64,000 bases of DNA from Hydrolagus colliei (taxonomy: Eukaryota), in assembly GCA_035084275.1 (NCBI GenBank), contig CM068758.1, positions 434,001 to 498,000 of the forward strand, read 5' to 3'. Within the stretch, counting starts at the first letter, position 1. The number at the start of each line of letters is the position of its first letter. Shown in pieces: positions 12,901 to 27,900 of this stretch. Below the pieces are notes generated by a model. That model worked only from the letters and a program-made list of their open reading frames with translations. It made no database searches and was not told where the DNA came from. The position numbers were made by a program, and so were the translations under genes.

Positions 12901-15900
12901 GTGATTGAAGCTGTACTCAACAACAAGACAACCAGATACGGGTATGTTTGGAGCTGATTTCCTTTAGATTTCTTGGAGAACCAATATCAGCAGGGTTTCG
13001 ATCTAGAGCTTGGAATAGTTCCTCTCAATCCGCTGCCTGCTGCACTTGTCATTTGCACGCATCCTAAATGGGACTCCCATTGTATTTGCTGTTTGACAAT
13101 AACCTTATTTCATTGAGACGTTGAGAGCCTTGACCTGAGTGTTAGTGTATGGCCTGGAATACTGGACAAATGACAGGGATTATTTCCTTGTAGTTTCTCC
13201 AGGAGATGAGATTTAGATTGGAAACCTCTGATTGGAGATGTGTGAATTCTAGTGAGAAACTGCGCTCAAAATACTTATTGGTGAACTTTTTGTTTGAATA
13301 CAGTCTACCTTCATCATGGACCTCATTGTCGTTGACTGACCTTGGAAACCTACCTTTGGCTTTCACCTTCACATGGAGAAGTGTAAACTTGGTGAGTTTC
13401 AACTGGTAAAGAATTCTTTCAGATGAAGTTAAGGGTAAAAGTAACTTTCTTTTCCAAAGTATTTTGCATGCTGCTTTACACATTGGAATATGTTGTGGTA
13501 AACAGTGTTACTCTGTAAACTGGATTTGTCTGTAGTTGACGCTTTATTGGGTTAATTAATCTCTTTGAGGTACTGACTATATTCTACCTTGCAGCCTGCC
13601 TTGAAATATGCCCTCCCAAGATTTCTCAAGAGATTGAAAACTACCAACTCACCGAATGCTGTCCTGGGATTCATCAATCAGTTGAAGTTGCACGCAAACG
13701 TTACAGAAAGTATGTCATTTTCTTACAGGATTGGTTAAAGAAATAACATTGTGTGTGTGTGTGTATATATATATACGTGTGTGCAGTGTACAAATGGATG
13801 TTATATGTAACAAACTGTTGTGTTTGCAGCCTGTACAAATCTCAAAGCGGTCGACATTGATGAGCTAACCCCTGTTAAATATGATGCTACCCAGTTACAC
13901 AACTGTTTGAGTGATCGCGTACTGAAGAATAACATATTTGTATTGGGAACTCTGTCCTTTGATACTGCTCAGCTGCACGTTCTGAAAAACAAACTTGTTA
14001 AGGTAAAAATCCGGCTTGAAACCTTCGTAATAATAAATAATTTGAGAACCAAAGTGAGTTTTATGTTTTCCTTTGTTTAAAACTGCTCTTGATGATCCGT
14101 GTGTAAAATTATCGAACAAATGATGCAAAACGGAGTAAATTATTATTATTCCAGCGATACAGATTGTTTTATCCTTTCCCTTCCATCACAATCGTTTCAC
14201 AATTATGCAAGAATCCTTCACAGTTGATGTAAATTTGAGTTCTAATAACTGAGTAATGCTATGATGAAGACAAATCCACACTCTTACAATAAGTGCTCGC
14301 CTGTGTGCTGGACAATAAGACCACATGTTGGGATTGAATCTGATTGTTTGGATCTCTGTGATGCAGCTTTACCCCGGTGGGATCCCAGAAGCTGCAATCC
14401 TACTGCTGGGCAACATATCTACTGTGTTCAACGCATCCCAAATGAGCAGCTGGAATATAACTCAAGTTGACACACTCGAACTAGTGCTGAGGAATCCGTT
14501 AGAGCACTTCCAGGTACTTAAACTGAGAAATGACGAGATGAGTTTGGATGGAAAGGAAAAGCCCTTTGATGCTCTGATCAGCCATGTTTGAGGAGATTGT
14601 CTAAGGGATGGATGGTGCAGCACTGATTGGTGGGGTTGGGTGTGAGGGTGGGTGTGCGTTTGGGGTTGGGGGTGGAGGTGGAGGAGGTGAAACCCAATTG
14701 GGAATCAAAGAAAGAAAAGTTGAAATGGGGCAAATGTTTGCTATTTATCTGGTGTTTCTCTGTGCAATGATAGCTGATCCGTGTTCACCTCTTACAGGTC
14801 ACGACCATCATTGCAAGATTCTTGGCCTTTGATGGAAAACTGAATGGATCTGCATTGAAAGCTGTCGGTGGTGCAAACCTGTGCCTTCTGAATGAAAACC
14901 AACTGAGGACAATTTCCTCCCTGGAGTAAGTGATGAAATCTTTCTGATCCACAATCAGGCAAGCAATCAGGAACTGGAGCCATGGTTGCTGTTGATGCTG
15001 TTCTTGGTGTTTGGTATTTTGGTGTATTTGGGGTGGAATGTGCAGCCAATGGAAATATTTTCCCTTTTCTCCCACAGAGATGCAGGAGCTCTAGATATTT
15101 CTTTGTGCAGTCAGTCAAAGAAGAACCTGCTTTACCAGAAAGCTGTTGTTGCTTTGAAGGCTCAGAATATTAACCCGATCCCCCAATTTCAACTGTTAAA
15201 GTCGTACATTAGTAAGTCTCGGAATATTTACCTTTCATTCTTGTCCACTTCATCCATTCGGCCTTAGTTGAGTTCACTGAGTCTTTGTCTGTAAAACAAG
15301 AAACTATTTCAATAGTTATATTAAACATTTTTTTCCTACTTTATAAACAATAATAACTTGCCTTTTTGTCAAGCCATGACTTAGGATATAGCGTATGGCG
15401 GAGCTGAAAGCGGAGGTGGTTCATATACTGTGTTAAGCTGATGGCTCTGATTTTTCCCTTCAGGTGGAGCGAGACTGGTTGATCTGCAAACTCTGGCAAA
15501 CCACACAGTCCATATGGATTTTGCAACCTTCAAGACACTGAATCCTGAAGAAGTGACGGTTGGTACATGGACAATATGTTGGCATCACTGTGGTTGGGGG
15601 GGGGGCATTTCTTTAGCTGCTTCCCTTTGTCCTTCTGTTGGTTCCCTTTGGTGACTCTATGAATGACAGAGATTTGTTAAATGTTTCTCTTTTAGAATCT
15701 GACAGCTGAGAACCTGATTGACTTACTTGGAAGTAACCTGCCTGCACTGATAACTGGATTCAATGAAACTGTTGTGATAGTTTGGGTGAATTCACACTTT
15801 GTATCTGAAGTCAGGAAAGTTGGGCTTACGGGAGGAATTCCAGATCCTCCTCTAGGTATGTTCCTCGTCAACGGCAAATAAATCTGCACATCAATTGCGG

Positions 15901-18900
15901 CTTTTGAAACACTGCTCTGAGGAGGATATCCCCCTCTGATAATGTTTGCACTATTTCTGTTAGATTTGCTTTGGATTCTGTTGTGAGTGTTTCCAATAGT
16001 CATTAAATTCAGATGATTTTCTAATAAGTACATGACACTATTTTTGACAACAGATATATTTTATTAAGGATCAGATAAATGTAGTGCTCTATAGTTTTAT
16101 GTATCTTAATACTGTACTTTTCTGTTTGACTTTTCCAACAGAAACTGTTTTATGTGAAGCCAGAAATAGGTAAGTTTCTTCTGTTTCCCGCAGTGCCGTT
16201 GTCCTCACACTCAGTCCAAAGTCACAAAGACTTGGAGAAGTCTCTCTCAACAATATGGCTAGATTGGTGATTAGGCAGTGAAGCACATGGACATTACAGA
16301 ATCCTGCCTCTGTTATCAGTCACAAAACCCACCTGTTTAACCGGTATCCTCTGTTTCCTTACAGTTCAGCGGTGAATGATTTCCTGATGACCCTCAACAG
16401 GACCCAACTCTGCAATGTTGCCATTATAGACTACGCATGTGCTCGGGTAAGCTGTGTTCCGCTCTAGAATTCCACACAACAGTGTCTTCCTTCACGCGGT
16501 TCATCCACAGGGAACAATGTTGTAGTCCTTCCCAACTTTCTTGGTTCCCTATACAAATGTAGTCAAATTGTTGTATCATCTCCGCCTGTCGAAATAATAC
16601 CTCTGATCGATTGTTTTCAGATAACTTAACAGTTTCCATTATTTGTCAACCGATTCCTTGCAGATTGAACTGCTGGCAAATCTATCCAGTTATGACGTGA
16701 CTGCTCTGTTTGACTGCTACACTCGCTCAAAGGCTTTGAGGGTCGCAGATGAAAAAACGCTGACTCTGTTTATTCAAAAGCTTGACAGAACCACACTTAA
16801 CCAGGCGTTGGACATGTTTAATAAAAAGGTAAGCCCTTATTGATTCCATACTGTAGGGGTACTACTGTAAACTATTAAACGCCTCCTTACTGATTCACAT
16901 TAAACTTATTGGTGTGTTTCAGACTTTAAATATGTCTTCAATTGGTCTGGAAAGCAAGACAACGTTCTTTAACGCCTTGTGGGAGAATGTGAAGCTCAAC
17001 GTGACCAGCCCTGCTCTCCTGGCCAAATGGTTTCAGCAAAGATTCAGACCATTCATTGCAGGCATTCCTCAATCAGTCCTGACTGACCTTCTGGTGAGGA
17101 ATGTCACATGTGATGGATACCAAGCAGTGTAAGTCTATTGTTTTCTCTTACAATCACCTGGTGCTGGGAATTGCAGAACAATCCTGGGTATAAACAGTGA
17201 TGGAAAAGAAGGAAACATGGAACAATAAACTGACTTGTGCTGTCAATTTGTCTTCACTTAGTGTGAAAGGCCTGAGTGATGGATTTGGAGAGATGCCACT
17301 GCCAACGAGACACACCATACTGCAAGTCTGGATCCTTAGATACCTGAACAGCACAGGTAACCTGGATCCAATCAGTATCTGTAAATCAATCATTTCTTTC
17401 ACATGTCGGCAAACGCCGAGTTTGTAAACGCACAATAGATAACCTTCTTTGCCATTCATCTCCAGGTGCTGGCTGTATCAGCAACACCAATGGCTCTCGA
17501 GACTGGCTGGTGAAGAATTGGGGAACGTTCAGCAAACTGGCTGATATAAAGCATCTGTCGGACTTGAATTCCAATTTCAGCGCAGTAAGTGACTGACACA
17601 TTTTGTTTTTTTTTGAGATGATAAGCAGCAGGAGATGCTTTGTGTTCTGAAGACATCAGTACCAACAACAACGACAAAATTACATTGATAGAGTGCCTTT
17701 CATGTCGGGAGGACGTGCCAAGGCGCTGAGATCAAAATGATGACATGAATTAAATGTTGCTTTCATTAATATTATCAAACATACCCCAAATATCTTGCTA
17801 AACATCAAGTATTGTATTTGTTTCACCGAGTAATCTCTGTCATCATTTGTGGTTACGTCAAAAAATACTTTTTCACACGGAGTCATCTTTTCTGACAGGT
17901 TGAAGCAGGGGGCTTGCTGACTGTATCACAACTTGGAGAATTTGTGGGGAGAAATGGTACCTTGAGAAATGTTTATGACGTACACAAGCTTTTCACCATC
18001 ATCACAAATGTTACCGTGACTGAATTCCTGGACAGCTTTGCCTCGGCTGCCTACAGGGTAGGAGAACTTTGTGTGTTGTTTTTAATATAACCTGTATCCG
18101 TCAAGCACACATTTGGAGTTTAGTATGTGAGCACTGAGAGACAATGGCTCTGCCCTTTTCCATGCTGTGTTTATAGTTGGTTGATGTGCTCTCTGTCTCC
18201 TGGCATTGAAGCAGTTGATTTATTCCTAAATGTTTACAGAACCACGTGAAGCTGTCCCCTAACGTCACAACAGCTTTCCTGAGGGAGGTTCTGAACCGCA
18301 CTCAGTCGATCCTTTCAAACGCAGACTATAATGAGCTCTCCATCTGGTTCAACAATAGACTGGCATTCCTCCTGCCGGGACTCACCGAACAGTTGGTGCC
18401 TTTGGTCCTGGTCACTCAGAGCTGCAAAGGATCCCAATTCATGTAAGTTTGATGCACTTTGTTTATACTCAGTGGATTGGAGTCCCAAAGTGAATTTCAT
18501 ATTAAGCGTTTGTAAATTTAGTGGTAGCTTTCTGTTTCATAAATTATGTTGTACGTTGGTGACATAACCCTCTAATGCCTTGAATTTGACCTTTTATAGT
18601 GTATCTGTGCTGAGCTCCATCAAGCCACCGTTGTATTCTGATATTCAAGAAGCCATTTATGCAAAGATACTACACTTTAATAAAGGTAACAACACAGATT
18701 TCATCCATTAGAACCTCGCAATGCAATTTAACCCAACGCAGTTCCCACCATTTGAAGTACTAAATGTTGCTGTTTGTTGGGTATTGTCAATAAGCAGGAA
18801 TGATGCTGTGGGCAACATTACATTGGTCATCGTTTAACCTAATCTCATTTTTGTGGCTATTTGCTTCAGCGCCTCGGGACGTCCTCCCAACATGAAAGCT

Positions 18901-21900
18901 GCTAATCCAGCTCAATAGAAACAACAACAACAACAACTTTGATCCACGCCGGACGGCGTCTCAGAGCGTTATTGAGTAAGACATCATTGAATAAGATGGG
19001 AGCTTGAACTGAACGTTTTTTCCACTTTCTTTCCAGAATTCCCCCTTCGGTGCTATGAAAACAACAATTTTGTTGTTTATCTGAACAACACCTTCCGAAA
19101 TTTCTCTAAACATTTGAGTTTGACGGATTTGGTCTCATTGATACCGAAGAACAGAGCAGCTCAGGTAAGAACACCAACAACAAAATGACACTTGTATAGA
19201 CGGCGCCTTTCCCGTCAGCAGGACATCCCAAGGCGCTGGACAGTCACTGTGTCAGTCCCGAGCTGGGGACAGGGTGGGGAGGGAAACGGGGGTATTAGGA
19301 GTTGCCGGTGGGACCATATTTAAGTTCAATCATTTTTTTGTCTGTTTTTCTTCCAGGTTTTGAATGCGACTGAACCCACAGATGTGGCTGATTTGCTGAG
19401 CAGACCTGAATTCATCGATGACAACAGCAATCTGACTCTGTTGTTACTGAGCTACCAATCCATCCAGAAACTAGGAATATTTGTGGACAGATTCAACCAA
19501 AACAGTCACAATGTAAGTGGCAGATGGTTTAGAACAGAACGCAGCATCTCTTCTGGGTCAGTGGCTTTAGGCCGACGTTAATAATGAGAGGTCGAAATGT
19601 TCTATTGTTCCACACGGTTGACAAACTCAGTCAATCAGGAATGTTGTAGTTGGAATGGGATTTTCTGTTCTGTGTGATTAAGAGAAGTTAAATATTAATG
19701 TTATTCTACGTTTACAGAGTGACCTGAGAGACACCACCCTGGCTGCCATCATGGAGGGTCTGTGGCCACTGTTTGCCAGGAGCTTGTCTGAACTGAGTGA
19801 CGCCCAAGCCAAGGTGTGGCTTGATGCCAGGCTGGAACCGTATCTGCCTTTCATCAGCCAAGACCTGCTGGCTTCTCAAGACACCCTGAGAGTGAAGTGC
19901 CAACCCTACAGAACAATGTAAATACCGTGCGGGCTTTGTGTGTGGGTGGGTGCCTCTTCCACCGATAGCCAGGCTTCTCTCTCTCTCTCTCTCTCCCTTT
20001 TGCAGTGTAACGTCCGGCTTCATTTTAATTCTCTCATTCCTGCTCCCTGCGTTAGGCCGACAAACCGTCAACTCTCTCTCTCCGCTCAAACCCCCCCCCC
20101 CCCGCCCCCACCGCCCTCCCCATTTATGTGGACATGTAAAACGAGTTTGGGTCAACTGCTCTTGTCAAATAATATTACCTTCTTATCTACCGTTTGGTTG
20201 TATTTAATTATTGAATGCTAAAATCTTGCAATTGTTATTTAGTGTGAAAACATTGAGTGCTGGATACAATTCTTTCGAACCAGCCAAACAGAAGGAAATC
20301 TACAATGGCATCAAAACGTACCTCCAAGAAGGTAAACGTTATTGTTATTTTGGTTAAAGTGATCGTAGTTGAGATGACAATTTGACTGTATCCATGTGTA
20401 AGGAAATTAATTTAGTGCAGCTCTGGTTGCTGGTACTTGTAAAGCTAAACCTAAAGCCAGTAAGAGATTTTGGCTGGTGCTGGTGGCGGTGAGGAAGAAA
20501 CTAGGAATCAGAATAATTTTTTAATTTGACTTTTAGATGAAAACATTAAAGACAGAGTCAAAGTGTTTGTGAAGTATTAAACACACGTTCAACATTAATT
20601 AGTAAAGTTGATTCTCAAATGAATTGAAGCCTTTGTGTAATCACACTTTTCATTCCTTTGTACAGCAGGTCCTAAACCCAAATGCTACAACGCCAGTGAC
20701 GCAGCTCTGAACTCTACTGCTTGGTTTGTTAACTACCTCGGACTATACCTGAGCCAAGTGACAGAGGCTGATCTTCTGTCTTTCTCTGATAACAAAGCAA
20801 AGGTAATTGTGAAGATAAAGTCAGCAGAAAACTTTTCTAAGTGTTTTATGCAGAAGAATAAGTTTTCAATGGCTCAATTCTCAATGCAATGCTTGACAAT
20901 TCTGCTGTTAATCAGATTATTAGCTGTTGTTGTTGGCTGTGTCAAGGAATGTATGTGTAGATCATTATATGGGTCATTCAGTTCTGGGTTGTATTTCAAT
21001 CCACCTCAACTTAATGCGATGGAAGTCACCAAATGAGATCAAAATTGTCTCTGTGGGTTGCCAACCATTTTTGAATTCCCCTTTTTCTTATTAGCCAATA
21101 TAAAGGTAACTGCTGTGGCCTGGCCAATATTGCCCCCGATTCCAAAATTCACAAAAAAAACAAAACCCTTTACATCGATTTGACAATTAACATCGCTGAT
21201 TATGAGAAGCTGCTACAAGAAATTGGCTTCCACATTTGCCCGCACACCATCCCATATTGAATATCAGACTATTTCACGAAGTGAATCATCACCGCATCAC
21301 ACCTATTGATCACTGTTCTTGGTTGAGTAAACGTTGCTAATTTCATTTCAATGTTTGTGTTTCCAGCTTCAGGAATTCGCAGCTGATCCTGACAATCTGG
21401 CATTGCTGGGAAACGTGACGTTGCCAATTGAAGTTGCGAAATTCTGCATTGCATTGGTGCTTGAAGGGAATCCGAATGTTAATATAATAAGGTATGGCAA
21501 TATATTTCCACCCAAAGATATGAAATCCAAGTTTCTGGTCGAAATCACCTGTCGATCATCGTTCAGGAGGTAGATATTCACAAGTAGAAATTGACTTAAG
21601 TTTGCCAATAAGTAGACAATGATGCCAAATGATTGGACGTTCTTAGTTTTTGATCAGTGTTACTCAAGTCACAAGGAGACACTCTAGAGAGCCATTTTGG
21701 GATGACCTTGTGGAGAGTCTCATTGGGGATCACTTAGTATCAGGGAGACCTGTTGGTCTGTCACTGACGCAGATTGCAAATACTGTTTTCCAGCCTGCCC
21801 GATTCTCTGATTTGCTTGATTGCTGGTACAAACGCTCTTCGGTCCGCGAATGAGCAGCAAGTCTTGGCTGTAATCCAAAAGAAAAACCAAGTGTGTCGGG

Positions 21901-24900
21901 TGAGCCCCAGCAACAATACAGCACGGCCTCAAGCACCTGTGACGGACGAACAACTGAAGGTAAATAGCAAAGAGCGTTTGACCACCTTGCTGCTCCAATG
22001 GGCTGTCCTTCAGCAGCCAGGTTTGATAATGTGGTCAATATGTGTCGCCTGAATAAACCTGGCACCCAATCTGTTGACTCTGAGGCTTTGAGTGAAGACA
22101 TTTGGCGAAAGGCACAGAAGTCCACGGTCATTGTTGGGAATTTTTAAACGTTTTTCAACTTGATGTATGCGTCCAGTGAAGCTTGAGGACTTACTCTGTT
22201 CTTGTTTCTACAGTTCTCCATATATTTAGTGAGCCAAATTACCAACTTCTCTGTGGTTACTCTGAATCAATTGGGGCAATCAGCTGTGGGTCTATCACTG
22301 AAGCAGATTGCAGATACCGATCGAAATAATCTTCAGCAAGCCCTGCCAAGCCTGGGGCAAGTTATGGGTTGGAATTTTGGACAAGTCCACTTGATTGTGA
22401 GGAATGTGTTGAGCAATGGCTACCAGGTAAGACTTGTATTTATATCTGAGTCCACAAAACGCAGCCTGTAATTATTGTGATTGCATGGGTTTTTATGCAA
22501 TATACGAGGCATGTTGAGTGGTGGTTAGAGCACTCACCTTCCAAGCGTGAGACCTGTGTTTCGAATCCAGGCAGGTCAAGGCAATGGCTTCCCAATGTTA
22601 GATGTCGTTTAGAGAAACCTTGAGGTGAGCACATCTCTGGGTTAAACAAACTGAATGACAGGCAGAAAGCAACAAGGGAAGCCAAATGGAAACGGTTTGG
22701 ATCAAACGATAAACCTCACGACTCAACTTTTGTTTCCCCCCCCATTACTCCTGAAAACCTTCCATTTGTTTTCTTTGTTGAAATAGATCCGAGATGAACA
22801 GACGCTGTTGAGTCTTGGAACCGTCATAGCTGGATGTCCAAGCAGACAATTCCAAAGCATTGAGCACAGACTACTCACCAATGTAACCAGAGACCCGGAG
22901 TTTGTGATCAATATTCAACAGGCCCCACAAGTTGTCCAGAGATTGATCGTTCTGAGGGTGAGTGATCATGAAATATCTGTCAGTAAGCGTCAGGAATATA
23001 AACCCAAGCCACGCCTTGTTTCCTATTGAGGATTGTATTTCTAGATTGGTTCAATTCTGCCTGCAGACAGTCATAATACTAAACAAAAAACTGCTTGCAC
23101 AGTGTGTTTTTGGTCAATTCTGTTGTGTTTAATTCCCATTCAGATATTGAATGCATCAAGTGGCAGTGCAGAAACAGTAAAGGACATTCCCCCAGGTCTA
23201 GCCAAACAGATCCCACTACTGTACCTGACCTCCTTAAACTTAGATCTTGGCCACATCAACAACAAAGAGTGGCTACCGAGTCAGGTGAGTGAATCGGCCT
23301 GTTACTTTTTTCCAAAGTAAAATAGCCGAATACAGTCCGAACGAATATTGTTGTGGTGGGTTAGTAATCCCACGTCTCTTCAATCCAAAGTTGCTCCACT
23401 GAGTTGAGAGAACCTGAAGGATAGTTGACGGCCTGAATTTAAACATTTCCAATGATTTCTCCCACAGGCCGCGGTGTTTTTTGAAAATATTGTCCGGAAG
23501 AACAAATTTTTTGACACGTAAGTAATATTTATTCAGAATCTACATATAAAAGAGGTTTAAATCTTATGTTTAAGCGCTATGTCAATGCAAGTTGTTGTTG
23601 TTCAATACGTTAAGGTAGCTCCCGAAGTTGTGATGAGCAAGGCTTTCTAAGAGTAAATGGAATGATTTCTGGTGCAGTTTGTTTCTTCCTAGAATGAAGT
23701 GAAGGGTGTGAATTAACACTGATTTGTTTGCGTAGCTTTTCACCTTCTGTGCTGCGAGGCTTCAGCTGTGGGGCAGTCAAGACCCTGAATTCTACTGACT
23801 TCACTCAGCTGATTCAAGTATTGAAGTACAAGCGGGTCAAACTTGATGAAAGTCAGGTAAGACTGTTTGCTGAAATTGTACGAGAGAGAGAAATGTTTCA
23901 TTGCATTTGGGTTCACTTTCCTTTGTTTATTGGTGAGTTTGAGCCAGGAGTAATTGTTATAGACAGTCCTTTGGGAATTATTACTCTGTTGTGTCAACCC
24001 CTCCACAAAAGTACTCCAGGTTCTGCTGGAATTGATGTCCTCGTTCAGGTAGCCTTTAACAATTGGTTTGCTCTCTCACGTTACAGCTCAGTTGCATATT
24101 CTTTCGACTAAAATCGGATGAAATAGAGGTCGAGGTAGACGAGGTCCCGGAGGATGTTCTGCTGTATTTCAAGTAAGTATTTGTCTTTTGTACATACAAC
24201 CATAAAAGGATGAGAAGTGGAAACCAATTCTGCTTCGCTGGAGACTGGTCCTCCCGTCTACTGACAGAAGGAATACTGTTTTTAAAGAATAGGCAACATA
24301 TATTTTACCCCAAAGCCTCACACCATTTAAGTATTAAAGATATATTTATATCCACTTGTTTTAGCTCTGCAGAATTCAAAACAACTCCAGAGTGCAAGAA
24401 ATTCTTCAAGGCTGTTGGAAAATCGAACATTAATGCCTTACCAAAGGGATTAGGAAGATACCAATTGTTGCAGAACGCTAAAACCTGCTTGGTAAGAACG
24501 GATCTTATTTGGTCTTCTGCTATGCTTTTGATTACAGAATCTGTTGTTCAATACAAAGATACTTAAATGGATTGAATTTACTGTACAGACATCATGTGGA
24601 AATGGTCCAGTGACCGTTGTAACTGTTGAATTATTCTCTCATAACCTTAGGGTATTCGTGAAGGAAGTCTGACAGAAGACAATGTAGAAACATTAGGTGC
24701 TTTGGTCTGTGATCTCGATGGGGCCTCTATCAAGACGTCTCATGTTTCCATTTTGGAGCAATTAAAGCATTGCGTTTCATACACTGAAAGTCAAAAGTCA
24801 GTGATTGAAGCTGTACTCAACAACAAGACAACCAGATACGGGTATGTTTGGAGCTGATTTCCTTTAGATTTCTTGGAGAACCAATATCAGCAGGGTTTCG

Positions 24901-27900
24901 ATCTAGAGCTTGGAATAGTTCCTCTCAATCCGCTGCCTGCTGCACTTGTCATTTGCACGCATCCTAAATGGGACTCCCATTGTATTTGCTGTTTGACAAT
25001 AACCTTATTTCATTGAGACGTTGAGAGCCTTGACCTGAGTGTTAGTGTATGGCCTGGAATACTGGACAAATGACAGGGATTATTTCCTTGTAGTTTCTCC
25101 AGGAGATGAGATTTAGATTGGAAACCTCTGATTGGAGATGTGTGAATTCTAGTGAGAAACTGCGCTCAAAATACTTATTGGTGAACTTTTTGTTTGAATA
25201 CAGTCTACCTTCATCATGGACCTCATTGTCGTTGACTGACCTTGGAAACCTACCTTTGGCTTTCACCTTCACATGGAGAAGTGTAAACTTGGTGAGTTTC
25301 AACTGGTAAAGAATTCTTTCAGATGAAGTTAAGGGTAAAAGTAACTTTCTTTTCCAAAGTATTTTGCATGCTGCTTTACACATTGGAATATGTTGTGGTA
25401 AACAGTGTTACTCTGTAAACTGGATTTGTCTGTAGTTGACGCTTTATTGGGTTAATTAATCTCTTTGAGGTACTGACTATATTCTACCTTGCAGCCTGCC
25501 TTGAAATATGCCCTCCCAAGATTTCTCAAGAGATTGAAAACTACCAACTCACCGAATGCTGTCCTGGGATTCATCAATCAGTTGAAGTTGCACGCAAACG
25601 TTACAGAAAGTATGTCATTTTCTTACAGGATTGGTTAAAGAAATAACATTGTGTGTGTGTGTGTATATATATATACGTGTGTGCAGTGTACAAATGGATG
25701 TTATATGTAACAAACTGTTGTGTTTGCAGCCTGTACAAATCTCAAAGCGGTCGACATTGATGAGCTAACCCCTGTTAAATATGATGCTACCCAGTTACAC
25801 AACTGTTTGAGTGATCGCGTACTGAAGAATAACATATTTGTATTGGGAACTCTGTCCTTTGATACTGCTCAGCTGCACGTTCTGAAAAACAAACTTGTTA
25901 AGGTAAAAATCCGGCTTGAAACCTTCGTAATAATAAATAATTTGAGAACCAAAGTGAGTTTTATGTTTTCCTTTGTTTAAAACTGCTCTTGATGATCCGT
26001 GTGTAAAATTATCGAGCAAATGATGCAAAACGGAGTAAATTATTATTATTCCAGCGATACAGATTGTTTTATCCTTTCCCTTCCATCACAATCGTTTCAC
26101 AATTATGCAAGAATCCTTCACAGTTGATGTAAATTTGAGTTCTAATAACTGAGTAATGCTATGATGAAGACAAATCCACACTCTTACAATAAGTGCTCGC
26201 CTGTGTGCTGGACAATAAGACCACATGTTGGGATTGAATCTGATTGTTTGGATCTCTGTGATGCAGCTTTACCCCGGTGGGATCCCAGAAGCTGCAATCC
26301 TACTGCTGGGCAACATATCTACTGTGTTCAACGCATCCCAAATGAGCAGCTGGAATATAACTCAAGTTGACACACTCGAACTAGTGCTGAGGAATCCGTT
26401 AGAGCACTTCCAGGTACTTAAACTGAGAAATGACGAGATGAGTTTGGATGGAAAGGAAAAGCCCTTTGATGCTCTGATCAGCCATGTTTGAGGAGATTGT
26501 CTAAGGGATGGATGGTGCAGCACTGATTGGTGGGGTTGGGTGTGAGGGTGGGTGTGCGTTTGGGGTTGGGGGTGGAGGTGGAGGAGGTGAAACCCAATTG
26601 GGAATCAAAGAAAGAAAAGTTGAAATGGGGCAAATGTTTGCTATTTATCTGGTGTTTCTCTGTGCAATGATAGCTGATCCGTGTTCACCTCTTACAGGTC
26701 ACGACCATCATTGCAAGATTCTTGGCCTTTGATGGAAAACTGAATGGATCTGCATTGAAAGCTGTCGGTGGTGCAAACCTGTGCCTTCTGAATGAAAACC
26801 AACTGAGGACAATTTCCTCCCTGGAGTAAGTGATGAAATCTTTCTGATCCACAATCAGGCAAGCAATCAGGAACTGGAGCCATGGTTGCTGTTGATGCTG
26901 TTCTTGGTGTTTGGTATTTTGGTGTATTTGGGGTGGAATGTGCAGCCAATGGAAATATTTTCCCTTTTCTCCCACAGAGATGCAGGAGCTCTAGATATTT
27001 CTTTGTGCAGTCAGTCAAAGAAGAACCTGCTTTACCAGAAAGCTGTTGTTGCTTTGAAGGCTCAGAATATTAACCCGATCCCCCAATTTCAACTGTTAAA
27101 GTCGTACATTAGTAAGTCTCGGAATATTTACCTTTCATTCTTGTCCACTTCATCCATTCGGCCTTAGTTGAGTTCACTGAGTCTTTGTCTGTAAAACAAG
27201 AAACTATTTCAATAGTTATATTAAACATTTTTTTCCTACTTTATAAACAATAATAACTTGCCTTTTTGTCAAGCCATGACTTAGGATATAGCGTATGGCG
27301 GAGCTGAAAGCGGAGGTGGTTCATATACTGTGTTAAGCTGATGGCTCTGATTTTTCCCTTCAGGTGGAGCGAGACTGGTTGATCTGCAAACTCTGGCAAA
27401 CCACACAGTCCATATGGATTTTGCAACCTTCAAGACACTGAATCCTGAAGAAGTGACGGTTGGTACATGGACAATATGTTGGCATCACTGTGGTTGGGGG
27501 GGGGGCATTTCTTTAGCTGCTTCCCTTTGTCCTTCTGTTGGTTCCCTTTGGCGACTCTATGAATGACAGAGATTTGTTAAATGTTTCTCTTTTAGAATCT
27601 GACAGCTGAGAACCTGATTGACTTACTTGGAAGTAACCTGCCTGCACTGATAACTGGATTCAATGAAACTGTTGTGATAGTTTGGGTGAATTCACACTTT
27701 GTATCTGAAGTCAGGAAAGTTGGGCTTACGGGAGGAATTCCAGATCCTCCTCTAGGTATGTTCCTCGTCAACGGCAAATAAATCTGCACATCAATTGCGG
27801 CTTTTGAAACACTGCTCTGAGGAGGATATCCCCCTCTGATAATGTTTGCACTATTTCTGTTAGATTTGCTTTGGATTCTGTTGTGAGTGTTTCCAATAGT